Below, piece after piece: positions 48,276 to 61,917 of a stretch of DNA of 64,000 nucleotides. The stretch is from Lepidodermella squamata (Eukaryota > Animalia > Gastrotricha). The DNA lies in NCBI GenBank assembly GCA_047495785.1, contig JBLDXI010000011.1:992001-1056000 (forward strand). The letters run 5' to 3'. A model generated the notes under the pieces. It was not told the DNA's origin and made no database searches. It worked only from the letters and a program-made list of their open reading frames with translations. The position numbers and the translations under genes are program-made. Each line of letters begins with the position of its first letter. Position 1 is the stretch's first letter.

Positions 48276-49835
48276 ATGAGTTTTCACGTTATGCATGTTG
48301 TCGACAAAAAGTACTTCTGCTTTATTGACAACAACCTACTTGTTGGTGCTCCTAAGAAGCTCAGAAAGGGCGCCACTTACAGTTTCAAATGGCCAAACAA
48401 GTGCGCTGACGGTTTTTTACCAGATTTAATCGATGGAAAACTTGTCCAGAGCTGTAAGTCACTTCGCTTGTTCTACTTTTCGGTATTAAATATTTCATGT
48501 CTGCTTTTTACTATCAGTCAAGACAGCGGCTTTGGCTAACGATGAACGGAAGAGGTTACACGCAGAAACTTACGGCTCTCCTGAAAACATAATACCAGCT
48601 GATGTACCTTCTAAGAACAAATCGAAACCCTTGTCATCAGTTCCCGCTGTCAAAGGCGCCCGCAAGATTAAGATGACTGACGATGCTAATGGTAACCTTC
48701 CTGAAATCCCTGAACCAGAAATTGTGTCACCGCCCGTTAAATCAACTGGTACTGTCGTGCTTTCTGATCGTGGCAACGAGACGACTACTACTGCGGCAAC
48801 AAGCAATTCTTCGACTACTGAAGATCGCAGCAGGACCCCGGCAAACTCTGAAGTATCATCGCTGGTTGGTGAGGGATCGACTAAATCGCCGACTAAAGGT
48901 GACCATCATGGCACTGCTAAGGACAATCCTAATGGAAAACAGAGCCCGATAAAATCGCCTGCGACGAAGCGTTATTGCGACAACCCTTCACAAGAAAGGT
49001 TAGTTTTCTTTCGCGTACCTGATCGGCCCGAATTAGATTTTTTTTAACAACAAACAGAACCTCTAAACTGGATGAACTGAAGACCAAGATGTGAGTCTGT
49101 TATAACAATGCTGGCTTTTTCCCTCATTTTCATATTTACAGGGAAATAAGGCAAAAGGTAATGGAAGAGATTCTTGACCAGATGGATGACGATCCACAGG
49201 AGCTGACAAAACCGGTTGCCTTAAAGTTGCTGAAGCGTCTCGTCATTCAGTCGGGTGCCCAGATGACTGTGACCCACCATTTGGAGACGTTGAATTCTGG
49301 TTCTGCAGCTCCGGTTCTCCCCACATTTGACGATGCGCAAATTGAAGTGAGTTGTTGAAAGAATTTGATTTTGATGTGAATTTGTGTTTCTCTGCTTCAA
49401 GGACCCTAAAATCGGCGGAAAGAGTTGGACGACTGATCAGATGGCGCTGTTCAGGAAGCTTTACAAGGCTGCGGTGAGGAATAATCAGCGGCCTAACCGC
49501 TTCGCAATTGGCAGTTATGTTATCCATTTTGGCGAGACCAAACTAGCTCAACCTGATGTGACAAAATCGAAACTTCCAGCGGGTGAAACGGCTGACCTTG
49601 ACAGTAAGCAGTTGTTTTCATGATATCACTGCCTTATCTCTACCATTTGATCACAGATCTGGTTAAAAGGGTATTTCCTGTACTCGAGGACGCCAGCCGA
49701 TTCGAGAGTGTCATGGAGTCAGTACGCCGTCTAATTCGCCGCCTCCGTAAAAAGCATGCCAAAGGCGGGGCAACGGCCGATGAATTGGGTCACATCCTTT
49801 GCGGCGGCGGCCCCGAAGACGAGAGCGATGATTGA
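48276..49835 (+). CDS. EnSpm accessory (TnpA-like, possibly BEN-like C-terminus) multi-exon gene
   Basis: Chain of short-intron ORFs divergent from the transposase; S/T-rich middle and helical basic C-terminus ..RRLIRRLRKK. Confidence 0.55.
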
Positions 49836-52800
49836 GCGACGACTGTGCTGGTGCTGGTGCTGGCTACCACGCCACCTTTTTCACCTGACTTTTTTCATTG
49901 CATTTGACTGATTTAAATATCCACTACTGTTCAAATTTGTGTTGGCTTTTTTGACTTCGACTGGTTAATTTCTGGCCTTGTTAATTCCTTGCCACTGACA
50001 TTTTTTCTATTAATTCCTGACATGCATTCGGTCTTCGGTGCCTTATATACTCGTGCCAATATACTCTTAAATAAATATACTCTACTGATATCAATATGTG
50101 TCTGTTTGTAATAAGGCGTCCTGGGTGGCCGAGTGGCCTAGCTACGGGCGCGGGTAGCTTCTGAGTCAAAGTCATATGAAGATCATATGCCGGTTATATA
50201 ACCATCGATGTGACATTTTCTTCAAAAGTTAGCTACAAAGAACGACATTTCCTATATTGCAATCACATGTGACTAGTAATATGATGGAATCGCTGAAAAT
50301 TATATAACTTTCATATGACCCGCGTTCGACTGGGCGGGTCGACCGTGTTCAACTGTCGTCCAACGGCGGTCACGGCGGCGTTGTGATCCTTGTCTCGTCC
50401 AAAGTCCTTGTCCTCGACTGCGCCACCATTCTGCACGCACCCGGTGTCTTCGGTGAATGGCTCGCCCAGGAGCTGGTTCTTGGCGACGCCGCAGCCTCAG
50501 CCCGCGTGACGATAGCGACTGGCTACAACCCCAGCTCTCTCAGCGACTCCTTCGATCCAGTGTTCCTCACGCGTGTTCTGTGTGCTGCCGCGCCTGATGC
50601 GTACGTGCTGTTTGCAGGAGACCTGGACGCCTGGTGCCCCGAGCTTGGGACCGCGCAGTGGAACGACTATGGCCGCATACTCAGCCCGCTGCTGGCGCTC
50701 CCCGGTGTTGCCCTCCTCAGCTCACCCAGCGCCCCCACCCGCTGGCGTGCGGGTCACGTTCCCCGTGTCTTAGACGTTTGGATGAGCTCGCCCGCGCTCG
50801 CCGCCTGTGTCGCCAGGCCCCCGCTGGTCGGAGAGCAGTTCGGCTCAGATCACGCCGTCACGTTTTGCGACTTCTCTGTGCCGCTACGCAACCCCTGGAA
50901 CGCACCTCCCTCTGGCAACCTTCCCCGCCCGCAGCCCTTACGTTTAGATTTTTCCCGGGCCGATTGGCCGACGTATGAACGTGAATGCGACTCCCGTCTG
51001 CCCGCCGTTGTTGGCCCCAAGGGTGGCGACCCGGTCGTTGTGCTGGACCGTTTCTCCGACGCCTTGGTCAAGATCATGCTCGACAGCGCGGCAATCGCGA
51101 TTCCACGGGTCCCCGTTGGTCGGCTACCACGGCTCCAGCTGAATGCAGCCGCCAGGCGGGCGATCGAGTATCGCACCCTCTGTGAAGACCGAAACCGCCA
51201 CGAAACTCACGAACGCTGGTGCTGGCGGTTAGCGATCAACCCCGCCTAGTGCGAATATGTCGCCTTCGGAGCCGATGCCGATGTCACCGCCGGCCGCCTC
51301 GTCATCGGTGGCGCCTCCATCCCGCGATGCCAGGAAGTGCGGTACCTTGGCCTGTGGCTCGCGAAGCACCTGAACTGGAAGAGCCACGTGGAGCACGTTC
51401 GCGCTAACACCGTGCCGCGGATCGCCTCTCTCCATCGGGCGAAGATGACTGCCCACCCCCGCCTTGGTCTCCTCTTCTACAAAGCCCTCATCCGTCCGCT
51501 GCCAGAGTTTGGCTGCCCGGCCTTTATCAGTCTACCGCCGCACCACCTCGATCAGCTGCTTGCAATCGAGCGCAGGTCTCTACGCACGGTCCTTGGGCTA
51601 CCACGTGACACCCCTGATGCCACCTACCGCGCCCGCGTCGATGCTACCTTCCCTGGCTTTCAACACCTGGAATCGCGTCTCGGTGACCTGGCCTTTCGTT
51701 TTTTCAATCGAGCACTCGAGGCCGGCAGCCCCGTTGGCGACCTGATCCGCCACGCAAGAACCCACACATCTCCCGGCAGCAAGAGTCCTTTTCGCTTTTT
51801 CCTTGACCGCCTGCTCGGCGCTGGCCCACTTCCGGATGTGCGACCCCCGGCGCCCTCCTATCCCGTTCTCCTGTCGCCGGCACCAGCACCGGCACCTGCA
51901 CCTGGCACCGGATAGCTGCTCCTCCTGGCCTCCTCGCCGCCCTACAGGTACTCTGTAAACGCATTCCCCTGCCCGCCCTCTGTTGTACTGCTTTTCTGCT
52001 TTTCCCTAGGTCTCTCATGACTCCTGTGTTCCTGCTGGGCCACGGGTGGCGGCGCGTGTAAACGGCGGCAGACCCGCCTGGTCCTGCACATTGACTTTGC
52101 TGCTCGGCCCTGTGCACACCTGTCTGTGCCTGCGTGTCTGGCACTTTTCGTAAATGTGTCGCTGTGCCTGTGTATGTCTGTGTCGTTGCTATATCTGTAT
52201 TTACCACTGTGTCCCCCTGTGTCTCTGTCTCTGTAACTGTAACTGTAAATGTGACTGTGTCTGTATCCTATATACCTATGTGCCGGTGCTCGCTCTCGCT
52301 GTCCCGTTCGCCCAGCCTTCGCGCTGCTGCTAGCCTGCACCCCTGTCTCAGGTGGTTTGCAGTTTGTTGTAAAATACGTTAGCTGTTACTGTTAGGCAAC
52401 TCACAGTAACTCTCAGTGGCCCGGCCCAGTTAACCTACGGGTTGGGGCCTTGTGTATTTTTCGAATTTTCCGACAAATAAACCATTTCATTAGACCTTTT
52501 CCATCGTAATCACGTGATCTAACAATGTGTCCTAAATATCTTAAACGTTGTTTTTCTACTATGCGACTCACTTCAATGAGCCCTCCGCATAGAGCCAGCC
52601 TAATATCGATATTTGGAATGTAGTCCATTAGGTGGACACCTACTATAGATCGAAGCCATCGATACTCTATTGTATTTAGCCTATTTTCTTGGACTATCGA
52701 GATGTTCCAGGATTCACAGGCGTAAATGATGGTAGGTATTATCACGCAACTTAGGACCTTTAATTTTGTTGATATGGAAACCTGATTTTTGTTGCACATA

Positions 52801-53185
52801 AACTTATTCATAGCCCCGAATACACTACCAGCCTTAGAAATCCTATAATTTAGTTCCTCGTCAATTTTGCCATCGCTGGTGATAATACTGCCTAAATATT
52901 TGAATTTGGTAACTTTTTCAAGTTTTTTATCATTTATTTCTAATTCGTATTTGCAGGTTGCTGTCTCGTCCTTAGCGATAATCATATATTGGGTTTCAGC
53001 AACATTAATTTTAAGTCCTAATTCGGTGCCTGCTAAAACAAATATTTTTAGCAACCGTGAGATTTTGTCATGATTCATGCCCAATAGAGTTCCATCGTCC
53101 GCGAACGCAAGTAAATTCAGAAAATCCTCGTCACTAATTGGAAAACCGACTTTTTCCTCCGATAATTGTTCGCAGATTTTGTTAA

Positions 53186-54472
53186 CACACTGGCTCCTGG
53201 GGGTTTTGCAAAAATGCACTTTTCAGACACCCCCCCCCTCCCTATTTTTTTTTCTTAATCGATAGAGGACATCAATACAAAAGTTTTGGCACATATCAAA
53301 AAATCCGGATCGTCACGGTTATTACGTAATAACGATTTTTGTAAATACACACATGTGTGTATATGGCGTATGCTAGACGATACACACATGTGTGTGTATG
53401 GTGTACATGGATGTTTGTGTGAATTACACACATGTGTGTATGTGGTGAGCCGACATATGTTGCAATGAACGTTTTCTAGAATATTATTCACACAAGTGTG
53501 AATTCAAATTTTGATTTGAAATTCGTATCATTGTTGTCAATCAATCAATGTCAACAGCTAAACAAACAAAGCGTGCGCGGGATTTCTCGCCGCCCCCTTC
53601 TTCATCTTCCGACACTGATACAGATTCGGAATATAATCCGGACAGTGATTCTGATTTGGAATCCAACGGTAGCGATTCATCTCGGGTGAAAACGCAGTTG
53701 AATCGGCAAAGAGGCCGGCCAGAGGGTAGTGGCAGAAAAAGAAAGACAAGCGTAGTGGTTGAAGAGGAAGTTTTAGATGACGATGAGTTAGGTCTTGAAC
53801 CAAACATCTCCCAGGTTAAGCGTCCTAGAGGTCGCCCAAGAGGCAGTGGCCGCCGCGGACGAGGTCGCGGACGGGGCAGGGGCGCAGTTAGCAGGGCTGA
53901 AACAAGACTTTCGAATTTCCTCGAAGGAAGCGCGTCCGTTTTGTTGAAGCCAATGAAAATGTCAATAATTTGAGAGAAGGGAAGCGCCATATAAGGAAGG
54001 TGAAAGAAGAACGAGGACCTGATGGCCGAAGAAAACGAACAGATTGTCAGCTTTGTAAAAGACTCGGCCTAAGAAAAGCCTAGCCGTCTGTAAAAAATGC
54101 TGGATAAAACATCAGCTTGAAAAGTGACGATTTTTTCTCTGAATGGAATTTTGTTTAATTGTTGATCATTCACCTGTTTTAAGTAAAATCGAATATGCTC
54201 TTTCCAGTGGTGATAATTAAAAAAATCGGAAAAATTGTTTTGGTATCGAAATCGATATCGATAATTATCGATTTTTAAAATCACCTATTTCTGTGAGTGA
54301 TGGTCCGAATCTGATGGCAGATTATTGATCTAACCAAAAATTAGGTAAACCTGTCAATTTGACTCATCCCACCCTCATGGTAATGGAGATAGCGATCTAT
54401 ACACACATGTGTGTATATGGGGCACTATATAGTAAACTTATACACACATGTGTGTATATAACAGTCAATGTG
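53186..54472 (+). mobile_element. Internally deleted piggyBac-type element
   Basis: TTAA TSD (53182-85, 54473-76); TIRs CACACTGGCT / CACATTGACT; acidic N-terminal ORF at 53548-53973; excision restores RTE TFN|KICEQ. Confidence 0.85.
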
Positions 54473-54872
54473 TTAAAAGTTGCAATAAATAATAAAGGCG
54501 ACAGCGGACATACTTGCCTCAGGCTTCTAGTTACATAGAAAAAATCTGAGAGTTCAGAGTCAACCTTAACTGCTACTTTGTTCACCCTATAAAGACTTTG
54601 TATGGCTTCAATTAGATTGGAATCCACACCCATGTTTTTGAGGGCGGTCCAAACCTTTTCTCTGTCGACCAGATCATAGGCCTTTTCGAGGTCGATAAAA
54701 CCTAAATGCAATTTTTTTTAAAATTTTTTCTTTAATTTGTCGAAGAACAAATATGCAGTCTCTAGTGCCCTTTAGAGGTTGAAAACCGAATTGTAGTTTC
54801 GAGATTTTTGATCCTATCAATGCTCTCAATTTTCTTTCCAGAATAATGGCATAAAGTTTACCTACTGCACTT

Positions 54873-57800
54873 TGTAACTCCACATGTCGCCAGCAACCAA
54901 GAAAATTAACAAGAAAAGCAAGAGCAAGAATCAGGAGCACGATGCTAATATGATGCAGCCAATTGTCGGCATCGAAAGACTCGACTGTTCTAATTTCGAA
55001 TGCAATTGCTGTCAGCAACTTACTTCATCCGACGATCGATTTCGCTGTTCTGAATGCAACAAGCCGTATCATGGTGCATGTACAGGTTTCGGAAAATCAA
55101 TTTTGAAAGGCTTGAAAAACCAAAAAGACTCAGCTATGTTTTTGCATTTCACGTGTTTCAGTTGTAAAGAAAAATCGCTAAATGAAAAATCGCAAATTTC
55201 AAAAAAGCTGATTTGATGCTTATATGTGACTGTTGTGGAACCAGTTATTCTTCTAAATCGCCTCTGAAGCTCTGTTTAAATTCTAAAGTTAATTATTTCA
55301 AGTATCCTACTGCCAGATGTTTCTACAACTCGCCAGTTTTCGCCGCTTGTACAAAAAACCGTCTACCTGGTGAACTACATTGTTTCGATCACTTCATTCA
55401 CGACTGCAATTGTGAGAGTATCAGTGATACTAATAATGACATCCTTTCTGAATCTTGTATGAATTCTTCTCACGATGAAAGATATGATTGTGACTTACGA
55501 ATGCCTATGGTACCGGACTTCAATACCTTCCTTCACAATATTTCGCCTAGAATGGCCCAGGTAATCGAGCTTCCATTTATGATGCCTAGACCTCAGCCTT
55601 CTAAGTTTGCACCACCTTTCTCCGATTTTCTCTCTAGTCTTGCCGAGTTGGGTCTTGACATCAACAATCTCTTAGCACCGCATCCGTCTGTTATTAATTG
55701 CTCATGTGATGTCCTATGTGAGAATTTTAGGCATTAGGTATTGGGCGTCCCTGTAGATCTCATCAACTTTAAACCAATTTATATTTGTTACTTGAATGCT
55801 AGATGTCTTTATACTAAATTCGACGATCTCTTCTTAAGGATCTCTAACTTAGAAAACATGCCTCTTGTTATTATTGTTACTGAAACTTGGCTTAGAGACT
55901 CAGATTCTGAAATCGACTTGAACACTTTAAAGAATGCTGGCTTTGAATTCATTTGTAGACAGGATCGCCGAGTCGCTAAGGGTAAACGTGGCTCTGGTGG
56001 TGCCTTGATTGCTGTTCATAACTCATAATGCGCTAAGGAGTTAGCAAAATTTGATGACGATTTCACAGAGGCGGTCGTTTGTCAATTGCTTATTAATGAT
56101 AGCACTAAAATTAACATTGCTAGCGTATACAGATCACCTTATACTTCAGATGATTCCCCGGATAAACTGTGCAGCTTTCTTTCAGAGTTCGTTGATGAGT
56201 CCTCGATTATCGTTGGGGATATCAATCTGCCCGATTTTGACTGGTCTTTAAACACATTTTACTCTTTCGAGTTGCTGAATACCTTCTATGATTTCATCAC
56301 TATAAATAATCTCTCTCAGCTCGTCGATGTTCCTACGCGTGATAAAAACATATTAGACCTGATTATTGCGAATAATCCGCTTCTTGTTTCGAACATAGAC
56401 GTTCAAGCGCCTCTTGCTAAATGTGATCACTGTTTGATATCATTTGAAATCAACGCAATGATTTTGGCTAAGACCTCTGCTTTCAATAATATTTGGTCGA
56501 AATATGATATTTTGAAATGTGACTATTCGGCATTCAATGATTACGTGGCCAGTCATGATTGGTTGGCTCTGTTCGCTGACTGTGAAGTAGATGTATAGTC
56601 GTTTTCTATGCGTTTTGTTCAATGGCATCCAACAATTCTGTCCCTTGAAGTCGTCTAGAAGTGATAAGCATTTCGCCTTCAGGAAACCACCTTGGTTCAA
56701 TGCTACGCTAAGAAGGCTCGAAAACCGTAAAACTAGGCATTATAAATATTATAAACGTGGCATTGTATCATTGGAAGATTATCGTGCAATCGAAAATGAG
56801 TATGTATCAGAGCTGAAATTTCAACGGAAGTCTTTTGAGGAGAAAATTGTTACTGACAAGGACCCACGTCAACTTTTTAAAAATATGAATAGTAAGATGA
56901 AAAATAGAGGCTTGGTTCCGACTGTTATTGATAAAGATGGTGTGAATTACACCAGGGTATTCGGTTTAAACTCAAACCAGTTCCTACCAGTTTACACCGG
57001 TGCCGGTATAAACCGGTTTTTTTCAAGTTCAATAAAAACCGCGGTTTTAAGTAAACCGACAAATCCGACGGTTAGATTGTAATACATCACCAGGAATATG
57101 TCTTCCTAGTTGGAAGTGTTGGCAAAAAATTGAGCTACAAGATCAGGAGTTGCATTAGTAATGATAATCAGCTTTGATTCTTAGCGTGAAGGTTCATTTG
57201 CCAAGTAAGATTCGGTAAGAGCCAAGTAAGAGTGACACTGGCGATAACAGCCCCGTCCATAACTTTACCAAGATTGGTTTCATTGAGAGTTTTTATTAAA
57301 ATGAGCTGATGCTTTTCCGCTCGAGTCCGAACACTTCTTTTGTTCATCCCAATCACAGTCGCCGATCTGGGACGCGAACTTCTAATCTCATCATTGATCT
57401 CGGCATTATTGATGGGCACCAAATAACTCAGCGGCATTACCTAATAAATCAATTTATCAAATTTATAATTTATAATATATAAAATTTATCAAAACCTGAG
57501 CGGAAAATCGACGCTTCAAATCTAGCTTGCAATAAAATGCGAAATAATTTAAAAATTACAATTGAAAACAACGACACTGATTTTCAAATTTTTATTTTGT
57601 TTTATTTTGTGATGCTCATTGATAAAACTTTATTTATAACACGCTTTTCAATTTTTTTTCAACAAAAATCAATAAGTATAATTTCACTATTGTGAAGAAA
57701 TGAAGAATTGAAGAAATAACGAAATGACGGAGAAAACAAAACAAAAGCACGCGTTAACTGAAGCACTGCTGTTGACGCTGTTGATCACATGGTTGAACTT

Positions 57801-59526
57801 TGACCTGCAAAGCGGGAGTATAATGGATGTGGATAAGGCTAATGTATTCAAAAGTGAGTTCAGCAAAATTTTTTGTAATTCGTCACCCAACTATGTTAAA
57901 AAATATCGCACTATTAATGATTGTTTGCAATCTGGGCAATTTGATGTCAATACGGTATCGTCCATGTTAAAAATGCTCAAGTGCAAATTCGGCGCCGGAC
58001 CGGACATGATTCCGCAGTATCTGCTCAAGATGATTCATCACACAGCTTGTCTACCGCTCAGCCTGATTTTCGAAGCTACTTTCGTTCAAGGATCAATTCC
58101 AGAAGTTTGGAAGCAGGCCCTGGTCGTGCCTATCTACAAAAGATCGGGTGCGGTAAATGTCGCAGCCAACTACAGACCAATCAGCCTGACAAGTATTATC
58201 TGCAAGGTTCAGGAAAAAATTATTCGCGCTGCTCTGTTCAATTACCTGAAACGTAACAATCTCATTCCTAAGAATCAATTCGGGTTTTTGCCTCGGAAAT
58301 CCTGCGAGCTTCAGCTGTTGACGTGTTTAACGGGGGACTGGAGCCGTGCTCTTACGGTCGACATCATTTATCTGGACTTGGCTAAAGCATTTCACTCCGT
58401 ACCTATTCATATATTAATTAACAAGCTTGAAGAGATTAATTGTGTGGTAATCTCATCAACTGGCTGAAAAGTTACCTATACGGCAGGAGTTTTAAAGTTC
58501 TGATAAACAACTCGGTATCTAGCAAATTTGATATTCCATCTGGAGTGCCACAGGGCTCCGTCCTTGGACCCTTGCTGTTCGTTGTGTACTTGCTATTCAC
58601 TGATGACTGCATAAGGACTTCTTTAACTAAGTACTTCGCCGACGACACTAAGATCTATAATAAGATATCTTGTGTGGAAGATTGTCACAGTCTTCAAGCT
58701 GATTTGAACAATATCGTCGAATGCTTTGCCGACAATGGGCTTAATATTAATAGCCAAAAATGTTTTGTTCTCCGCCTCAACGGCAAGAAAATCTGCTGAA
58801 GTTGCTAATTTCAAGTACTCAATAAATGGTCACGAGATCGAGTTTGTTAAATCGATCCGAGGACTCGGAATTGAGGTAGACGAGAATCTAAATTTTAAAT
58901 CGCACTGCTCTAAAATTATTGCCAAGTGCAACAGGATTTCGGGATTCATTTTGCGAACTTTCAAATCGAATAGTCTACGACTTAAGGCTTTTAATGTCTA
59001 TGTAATGCCACACCTCGACTATGCTTCCACTGTGTATTCTCCATATCTGCTAACAGTAATCAGTCGGCTCGAATCAGTTCTGCATAATTTCCTGAAAAGG
59101 ATGACAGGTTACAGGGTGACTGACTACAAAGTCCTACTCCAAATGTTCAGCATGGAAACTCTCGAAAATAGACGTTGTCATCGTGACTTGATGTTAATGT
59201 TCAAATTATATCGTGGTTTTGTTGATGTTGATTTTGATTTATTTTTTAACAAATCCAGCAACAAATATGCTGACACGCACAGGCTCTCATTGCCTATGTG
59301 CCACAGAGACTGCTTTAAGTTCTCTTTTCTTAGAAGGTATGTAATATTATGGAACAAGCTGCCTATAGACATTGTTAATGGCTCTTTAGCTAATTTTAAA
59401 TTGTTTGTTGATAATTTGGATAATACGAAGTTTTTGATATCTACAGTGAGGCGCCTTTGATTGCTAATAATCCTTGAGATTGATTGCAAGCCGGTTTAAA
59501 ATAAAATAAAATAAAATAAAATAAAA
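54873..59526 (+). mobile_element. CR1-group LINE (PHD ORF1, degenerate APE-RT ORF2, (TAAAA)n tail)
   Basis: PHD at 54884-55216; TETWL, GDIN, CDH, YRPISLT, GVPQGSVLGP and FADD motifs; several stops and frameshifts. Confidence 0.88.
56953..57815 (-). mobile_element. hAT transposon end fragment nested in CR1
   Basis: CAGGGTATTCGG terminus with AACCG subterminal motifs; hATC-like YLVPINNAE..KRS. The other end was not resolved. Confidence 0.6.
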
Positions 59527-60603
59527 TTAGTAGACTAATACCTCGGTAATTTTGACACTTACATTTCCCGCCCTTATTTTTGTAAATTGGGGTAATTATG
59601 GCATTTGACCATTCCTTTTTCGTCGATTTCGTCGATTCCATTGGTAAGGGTGCCGTCCTCTTTTTCAAGTGGGTGGGCTTCACTTTTTTCCTTATTTTCT
59701 CCCCTCAGCCTTTTGATTTCCAACCAGAATTTTTTGATATTTTCATAGTCCAACGGATTTTCAATCAGTTTGTCTAATTCAGAAAATTCAGATTGATCCT
59801 TCAATACCTTTAAATGTTCAAGGGCATGATTTTTTCATTTCTAGCAATGGTATACTGTTCTCGGTCTATGTGGCCCTTGGTATAATTTTTGAAGTTTACT
59901 TTACCTTTTTGGATGATTTGGTTTGCTAATGGGGTCCACCAGGCGGGTTTTTCACTTACGGTACCTATTTTTCGTTCCCCACAGGTGGTTCTAGTGGCAT
60001 CTAGCAGGTTAGATTTAGTGTTTACCCAGGTATCATCTATTGATTTGGGCTTATTTTCGCTGCTCGAGGCTATCGTTGTCAAATTACTGTTAAAATCTTC
60101 AATGTATTCCTCTTTCCTCAGCAGTTGATGTTTTATAGATTTTTTGACTTCAACTCGTTTTCTATTCAGATTTGGGCAGTTTATAACACCTCGAACGAGC
60201 CTATGATCTGAGTCTAGGATGGGATTTTCTTGTATGTCACAATTCAGAAACTTGTCTTTATCCTCTTTATCTACCAAAATGTAGTCTAAAAAGGACCTAC
60301 GCTCTGTCTTGCCGCTGCCCCTTTGCCAGGTGTGACCAACATTTGGAAAAAATGTGTTGACAAAGCATAGATTATTGCTATTTGCAAATTCCAGCCATAA
60401 ATTGCCTTTATCGTTTCCGATAATGTCGCTGTATGGGCCTACAGATTTGGAATTTTTCGCACTCAAAATTCGGTCGTTCAAATCACCCATTATAATAGTA
60501 GTTCCTTTTTTCGAGTTTAAACGCGAGTATTCTTGTTGCAGGACTTGGAGGAAAACGTCTAGAGATTTAGTACAACTATTTGCTGGTGCGTAGACAGATA
60601 TTA

Positions 60604-60785
60604 CAGTAAAATCTCCATAATTTAGACACCTTCCGTAGAGGCCTAAAACTGTCTAATAGTGGAGCTGTCTAAGATACGGAAATTCCGAACAATAGTTGTC
60701 TTTGCGGTTCGTCGCCGAGAAAAAGTGTCTAATCATGGAGGTGTCTAATATATATATAGACATCTAATTTATGGAGGTTTTACTG
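60604..60785. mobile_element. pogo/Tigger-type MITE
   Basis: TA|CAGTAAAATCTCCATAA ... TTATGGAGGTTTTACTG|CA; removal restores RTE YNIISVYAP. Confidence 0.85.
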
Positions 60786-61489
60786 CATATTATACATATT
60801 GCGATTTACTTTTAGTCGAGCCGATATAATGCGTTCATTGATGTTTTTAACCTCGATTACAAGTACGTGTTTACGCCGACGCACATAAATGCCTGTTCCT
60901 GATTGAGCCCTACCATCATTTACGCCGCTATAGTAAAGTGTACCATGTCTAAGATTTATATGGCCTTGGCCTTTTAAGCAGAGCTCTTGCACAGCCACTG
61001 CGTCATATAAACAAAATTCGTGATTCGCCTCTTCCTGTTTCTTATTTGAGGTGGTTGTATTTATAGTGCAAATTTTAAAATGAATAGAATTTTGAATAGA
61101 ATTTTCATCCGTAATTTTTGACTGGCGCAGGATTGTTTTACTCTTACGTTTTTGCCGATTCTTTAGTATTTTCTTGCCCTTCTTCGCGTTGCCTTCGCCC
61201 TCTTCATGAGTTTCATCACAGCTAGTAGAAAGCACAAGTAGATCGTCATCATTTAGGTCTGTCAGCAGTTCATATCGGTTTTTGCATGAGGGTGGGTTCC
61301 GGTCCTACCAACGCCTGCCGCCTTGGCCGCCGCCTTGCCCGGCGTATCCCCATCCGCCGCGGCCTTGATTGTTGTAGTTGCCGTTGTAGCCATTGGTGTT
61401 GTTCCGGTAATTGCCGTTACTGGAGTAATTGCGGTTGTTCGGTCGGTACTGCTGTTGGTGGTGGTTCCGTTGGTGGAGATACTCGCCGT

Positions 61490-61582
61490 CTTCTGAAAGT
61501 TTTTAAATGTGTGGTTATTCCTACCGTAACCTACGCCTGTGAAACCTGGAACCTAACTACCACGCAGGAACAAAGGTTAAAT
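61490..61582 (+). pseudogene. Short RTE RT C-terminal fragment
   Basis: LKVFKCVVIPTVTYACETWNLT. Confidence 0.65.
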
Positions 61583-61667
61583 ATTGGCTTAGAACCATTA
61601 TGGGTTGTTTGGAACAGATATTCCATGAGAAGTGCAAGAAGGCTAATCAATGGCTAATCGGATCATA

Positions 61668-61800
61668 GGGTCAATACATATAAAATTCGATTAATATAAA
61701 GAAAGTACTACATTAATAAAGGAAAAAGCACGTAGAGAACATTTTCTATTATTAGTGTAGCACTTTCTTTACATCAATCGAATTTTATATGTATTAACCC
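61668..61800. repeat. ~50-bp-arm inverted repeat (Penelope-like inverted pseudo-LTR or foldback)
   Basis: GGGTCAATACATATAAAATTCGAT...ATCGAATTTTATATGTATTAACCC. Confidence 0.75.
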
Positions 61801-61875
61801 ATAATTTCAATATGTTCAAAAACATCAACCTTAATTATTATTTCAACTTCAAATTTCGATTTAATTTCTTGACTA

Positions 61876-61917
61876 ATTCCTGAAGATGGTTATCCAGTAT
61901 AACCGAAACGTTGGAAT
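61876..61917 (+). ncRNA. Minimal type I hammerhead ribozyme (Penelope-like element type)
   Basis: CTGAAGA core, stem II GGTTAT/ATAACC, GAAAC, palindromic AACGTT stem III, then AATAAA. Confidence 0.8.

Larger units (their letters stand above)
41132..50334. mobile_element. 9.2-kb EnSpm/CACTA DNA transposon
   Basis: TIRs CCCAGTCGAACGCGGGTCA / TGACCCGCGTTCGACTGGG with a 2-bp TSD CG; removing it restores the LINE APE frame. Confidence 0.93.
39080..52400 (+). mobile_element. Jockey/I-group-like LINE interrupted by an EnSpm element; RT core deleted
   Basis: ORF1 (~39378-40966, frameshifted) has three CCHC-type knuckles. ORF2 from 40959 (LQWNAEGI..LNESH) resumes at 50335 (GDLD, SDH), then jumps near 51180 to the post-YADD RT region (YLGL, YKALIRP). 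Confidence 0.85.
52413..61490 (-). mobile_element. RTE-clade LINE fragmented by three nested insertions
   Basis: APE (QEL, GDLN, SDH) and RT (YRGISLL|SAVGK, DLEKAYD, PLSPLLF, FADD, YLGS, YACESW) become continuous once the inserts are removed. Confidence 0.88.

Noticed and set aside
53345-54458. CACATGTGTG palindromes resembling the termini of the RAG1-like element
   Set aside because: They are subterminal in a TTAA-flanked piggyBac; the short similarity is probably coincidental.
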